Positions 59,207 through 64,000 of a stretch of DNA of 64,000 bases are shown piece by piece (the stretch's first letter is position 1; the number at the start of each line of letters is the position of its first letter). The notes under the pieces are model-generated. The model saw only the letters and a program-made list of their open reading frames with translations. It did no database searches and was not told the DNA's origin. The stretch comes from Macrostomum lignano (taxonomy: Eukaryota): the NCBI GenBank assembly GCA_002269645.1, contig NIVC01002950.1:62001-126000 (forward strand). The letters are read 5' to 3'. A program made the position numbers and the translations under genes.

Positions 59207-59761
59207 CTTATCATAAAACAGCAGCGTGTTGGCCAGTCGCAGGTTGCCGCTGAACAACAACTGTCTGGTCAGTTGTCTCAACCGCCGGTTGAAAGTCGCT
59301 GGTGCCAGTTGTCCATCGCACTGCTGCCACATTCTAGCCGCCCTAGGCGAGAACGGATAATGACTGCAGATTGTGATGGCGGGAAAGTCGCTGGGATCAT
59401 TGCCTATGACTGACGTCTGCACTGACACGTCGTACTCTCGATAGTTCATCAGCACCCTAGTGGACGAGTACACTAACAGGATGAACATGGCCAGGACAAA
59501 GACTAGCCAGAGTATTCGAAGGAAAGTTGTGTCAGCTCGACAGATCTTTGGCACACCGCGCAGGCTGCTGCTGCTGCAGAACAGCTGCCGAATGTTGGCA
59601 GAAGGCTGAGGCACTGGCTTGGCCGGCAAGGATGAGTCGGCATTGAGGCGCGTCAGCTCGGGAACGCTGTTGTTTTTTGCCGATTCTTCAGAGCGCATGC
59701 TTTCGGGCAGAATCTTAATAGGCGGCGTGCTTTGATGAATCTGACAGCTGAGTTGCAGCAT
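59207..59761 (-). CDS. DEG/ENaC subunit, exon 1 (N-terminus, TM1); about 599 aa in total
   Basis: ATG at 59761; SSLRGVPKI, TM1 FLRILWLVFVLAMFILLVYS, DFPAITIC; donor AAG|gttcgg, phase 0. Confidence 0.88.
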
Positions 59762-61210
59762 CGATAGTTGGGAACCTATATGTAGCTATATATTTGGATA
59801 ATTCCCGACCAATTGGAATTCAGGGCTGATTACTCGTGGCTGGATTCGTCTGTGCAGCCTTGGGTAGGATTATTCATTTAGATTCTCATCTGGTATCGCG
59901 TTTATTTATGAAAAGAAACAGAGTCATGCAATTAATCCTTCAAATCTCAGGAATGCAATTCTAAAGACATGTCTATATGAAAAAGCAAAAGCCAAAATTT
60001 GAGATAGGCATGAAGTAATAAAGCTTTCAGATAAGAGCCAGTATACGATAAATGGAGCTTGTGTCATTTAGTTAGTGTCTGGATTTCGTGGGTGCAAATT
60101 ATTCGATTCCCCGATATCTAGTAGGTTCCTCCGCTTCATTCGAGTATCATTGAGCACTGCAAGCGAATCTCATTGGGACAATTTATGACATTCTCTTGGG
60201 TTTTATTAACAGCATATAGTATCCATATAAAATGATCATTAATATGTAATAAATATGAGCATGGGCTACTAATGCCATTGCCCACTGAGACACGGGTTTG
60301 CGGATATTCCGGCCAAGCACGCATCTTTGAATATGATATGATACACTGTAGTGCAAATTAATTAATACGATCAAATAACCCGCATAGAAAATAATAGGTC
60401 ACGATGCAGGGTCTGCACGGAAAAAGTACAACTATTTTATGTGTCATTTTATTCATTTCATTTGAATTTTACGTAGCTACATATATTTGCAGCGAGAGTT
60501 CCAATCAAGCAAGAAATGACCATCATTATGAAGATAATGAGGATAATGAATGAATGAAGATTATGAAGATATAAATGAAGATAATGAAGATAATAATGAA
60601 TTCAAGCAAGAAATAATAATGTTTTACTTGTACAGCTAAGATCGAAGCTCGAGTACGCATACATATAATTGTACCAGAATTAATATTTTGCATTACACGT
60701 AGAAAATCGTTGTTAGCGCGATAATTTTAACACTAAATGACCGAGTTTAAAGAATAAAATGTATGAAGCTTGTACGCAAGTACATGTAATTTATCTACGA
60801 TTTCATGCCTTCTGACTAATTAAGTGCACATGTTTATATATTCATGTACAAAATTGGCAAGAGAAACGCATTGTTGTGCATTGGTCTAATGTATAAACTG
60901 CAATAGTATTATATCGACTATAGCATACTAAATTGACAAGTAAACAAAGAAAAGTTTTATAACCATAAAATGATTATTATAGGTTTTTATTATGTATCTT
61001 TACAAAATAATATATGCTACTGCAAACTGAAGAATATATTTTAAATGTCCTGTCGGCAGGAAATCGTTATTTTTGTTTTACTTTTAAATCGCTAGTGGAA
61101 ACGAAAGCAGATTGGATTTGAGTTCCTAGCGCAAAATGATTTATTGTAAAAAAACTGGAGTAACAGTAACCCAAGTTAGATTTTATTCCTGAGTTAATAT
61201 GACTATCTAA

Positions 61211-61573
61211 ATGAGTACAACAGCAGATTCATTTGGAGCTTTCGACCCGTCTCCGATTAGATCAAGGGTCAAGAGCCAAACTGAAAAGGATAAAATTTCT
61301 AGCTTGATTAAGAACGAACATGTGGATCCGTTTTCAGAAGACGATGCAGAATTGTTGACACTAAATCGAAAGCCAGCATGCTTCTTAATAATTGGAAAGC
61401 CTGGTTCAGGAAAGACCACTTTGGCTAAAAAGATTCGTGATGCTTTTAATTGTGAGCTCGTTAATCCAACAGAAATTCTTAATGGGATAATTCACACAGA
61501 GACTGAGCTCGGAGAAGAACTTCGAAAAAAGCTGGAAGCAGGCGAGATTTTGAGCGATGAAGTTGTTTTTAAT
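61211..61573 (+). CDS. AK9: Adenylate kinase 9, exon 1
   Basis: DPFSEDDAE..KPACFLIIGKPGSGKTTLA (P-loop) matches AK9 DIFDEDE..KPVCFVVFGKPGVGKTTLA; donor AAT|gtaaga, phase 0. Confidence 0.9.
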
Positions 61574-62579
61574 GTAAGAATTTTTCAGTGTTGAATATAT
61601 ATGCATATATTTTTTGCTTTTGTTTGTAGAAATTTGTAGAGCATAAATCACAGTAAAATATAGTTATTAAAGTTAGTAGACTAGAGGTTGCAAATGTGTA
61701 ATAACTTCCATAAAAATTTTTAAGCATGTACTTCAGCTCTTTACTTTACCAGGTGTTTTACAGAAGGTTAAAGACATAGTATTTAGTTTTAGTTTTAAAA
61801 TTTTCCATCAGTTTAATATACACTTGCATTTGGCATATAGCTATATTATTTTGCAGTTGAAATGGTGCACAGTCAGCACAGAAGCTTCTTTTTCTTGTTG
61901 GGCTTTGATATTTACATAAAGTTGACAAAAATATTATCTAAACTGGTTTAATGGACCTTAAACTTTTATAATAGTAGTAATAGTAGGGCTAGATATATCA
62001 ATATCGTATAACATTGTTCCTTGGAATGGGTACTCATAAATTTATAGCACACAAAGAGATGGACTTGAATTATCAGACGAAAATCTGATAATATGAAAAT
62101 AATATTGTGACATTTCATGTTTCTCTTATATTTCTTGAAAAAGTAAACAAAAAGATGGTACTAATTTCTGAAGCCTGTTGATATTTTATTATATTTTGCT
62201 TTTCTAAAAGGTAAATATTCTGCACTTTTGAACTAAGCTAGTCTACAGAAAAAAATTTAATACAACAATACTAATCTGAATTTAATTTCTATGACTTTTG
62301 CTTAAGCATTCAGGCGGACATTAACGAAAGCTGGTAATTTACATGAACTGAAATTTTCTACAATGCGTTGATAAAATTTTCGTTTTATTTTCACTGCATT
62401 TTTATTGTATTTGGTCACTGATCATTAAATGTGGTACAATTTTTTGCTTTTTACTTTTTAAATAATTATGGAGAAAAATTCACAAGGAGGCAGTTTCGCC
62501 ACTTTCACAGTTAGTTTACTACAGCTAATGTATCGACTTTAATTAATGTTGCATTTTTCAATTTCTTTCGCCAACTCAG

Positions 62580-63295
62580 CTGCTATTGGACAAACTGAAG
62601 TCGCCAGAGGTGCAGCATCATGGCTATGTCCTGGATGGCCTGCCCTGCTCAAACGACAGCTTCATGCCGATGCAGAAGCAGCTGGATCTGCTCAAATCAA
62701 TGTCCCTGTCGCCCGACTACATCCTGCACCTGAAGCTGACTAACGAGGATCTTCAATCGCGACGGGTCACCGTCCGGATCGACTTCGAGGACGGCGCTCT
62801 CTACGGCAAGGAGTTTTACGACCCGGACAAGCCGGAGAAGCAGCCTAAAGAGGAGAAACCTGAGCCAGACGCAGACGACGATGAGGAAGAAGAAGAAGAA
62901 GAGGAGCTCGAAGAGGAAGAAGAGCTGGAACTGCCAGGCAGCGCGGACTTCCCGCTTCTGGCACCGGAAGTGATCCAGCGACTGCTACGTCGGCCCGAGG
63001 ACATGCCGCAGTCGGTGACGGCCGGCATTGAGGACTACGTGGCGCGGTGCCAACGCCTGGTAGAGGACCTGATGTCCGATCACGATCAACAATGCGTTAT
63101 CGAGCTCAACGCAACTCTGCTGCCGTCAGACATCTTCCGGCAGGTCCAGTTGAAGCTGCAGAGCCTCGGCGTTCAACCGGCGGTGACACCGATGCGCTTG
63201 TTTGAGGCTGGCAACGAGGAGGACCAGCCGCCCGAGGACATGGACACCGAGGAGCTCATGCGCATGCTGGGGCCCAAGAAGATGCCAGCGCCAAG
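62580..63295 (+). CDS. AK9: Adenylate kinase 9, exon 2
   Basis: actcag|CTG to AG|gtgaat, phase 0/2; KLKSPEVQHHGYVL, acidic tract, RRPED, IELNA. Confidence 0.92.
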
Positions 63296-63558
63296 GTGAA
63301 TGAAACCCACAGAACTATGGTTGGAAGCTTGTGAACAGATCTATAGTTTATTACACTGTGAACAGTTAGTAGGCTAGTAAACTTCTAGGACCAGCAGCGA
63401 AACTGTCAGATCTTCGTGAGAAGGTAGGAAGCTCAGAAAGGGAAGCTAGTTGTCCTCTATGACTAGATACGAACCCAATAAAACTCCGTGACTACGAGCT
63501 AAAAGAGAACCAACCACCCAGGAAGCAAACCAATGACCCACTATAACCGCACTTACAG

Positions 63559-64000
63559 GTATCGCTGGCAGCGCAGCAGGTGGCTCCGCTATTGCCCGGT
63601 GGCCCTGTACGAAGGCTCCCTGGTACCCGGCAAACCGGAGTTCTGCTGCAGCTTCCTCAACAAGATTTACTGCCTCTCGTCTCTCGAAGCTTTGGCCAAG
63701 TTCACTAAAAATCCCCGACCGTACTTGCTGCCGCCGCAGCCGCGTCCTCCGGTCAAGGTGGTAGTTTCTGGACCGCCACATTCGGGCAAAACGTCTACGG
63801 CATTCCTCTTAGCCGAACGGTACAACGCCAAGGTGATCGACTTCGAAGCGCTGATGCTGCCGCGGATCGAAGCAGCAGATTCGGCTCGACTGGAGAAAGT
63901 CCGCTCAGAGGCCACGGCTCTGGCCATAGAGATTGTCCGCGCCAAACTGCGCGAGGCGGCCGCGGCGGCCAAGCAAGCGGCGGAGAGGGCCAAGCAGGAA
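63559..64000 (+). CDS. AK9: Adenylate kinase 9, exon 3; runs off the window end; not in the ORF track
   Basis: ttacag|G, phase 2; RYRWQRSRWLRYCPVAL..SFLNKIYCLSS..KNPRPYLLPPQPRPPVKVVVSGPPHSGKT (YHS-like region and second P-loop) matches AK9. Confidence 0.92.

Noticed and set aside
63446-63993. Minus-strand ORFs over AK9 exon 3, and similar antisense ORFs over other GC-rich exons
   Set aside because: Shadow ORFs of GC-rich coding sequence.

Overview
Eukaryotic (metazoan) genomic DNA, not prokaryotic: GC-rich exons with GT-AG introns sit among about 30 different tandem-repeat arrays that cover roughly 45% of the window by hand tally. This architecture, plus divergent DEG/ENaC and peptide-GPCR genes and a USP-domain fragment, suggests a free-living flatworm such as Macrostomum (inference only). 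Genes reconstructed exon by exon with consistent splice phases: the C-terminal half of MON2 (+, 5 exons, 15350-35127); a myosuppressin/DMSR-type GPCR (-, 7009-9823) probably nested in an upstream MON2 intron; an unrecognised 3-exon gene (-, 36280-38532); an unrecognised 5-exon Cys-rich type-I membrane protein (+, 43369-47007); a second rhodopsin-class GPCR (-, 48903-50223); a 4-exon DEG/ENaC subunit with non-canonical motifs (-, 51769-59761); and the 5' part of AK9 (+, 61211 to window end). Relics missing from or only partly in the ORF track cluster at 38.8-42.4 kb: a THAP domain, an RTE LINE, a USP fragment and a Gypsy integrase. Most striking: arrays appear to arise in place from local sequence (one copies integrase coding sequence, one copies a MON2 splice donor), they abut splice sites, and many units carry transcription-factor-like motifs. 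All very long low-complexity ORFs in the track are repeat artefacts. No rRNA, intact tRNA or CRISPR array was found.
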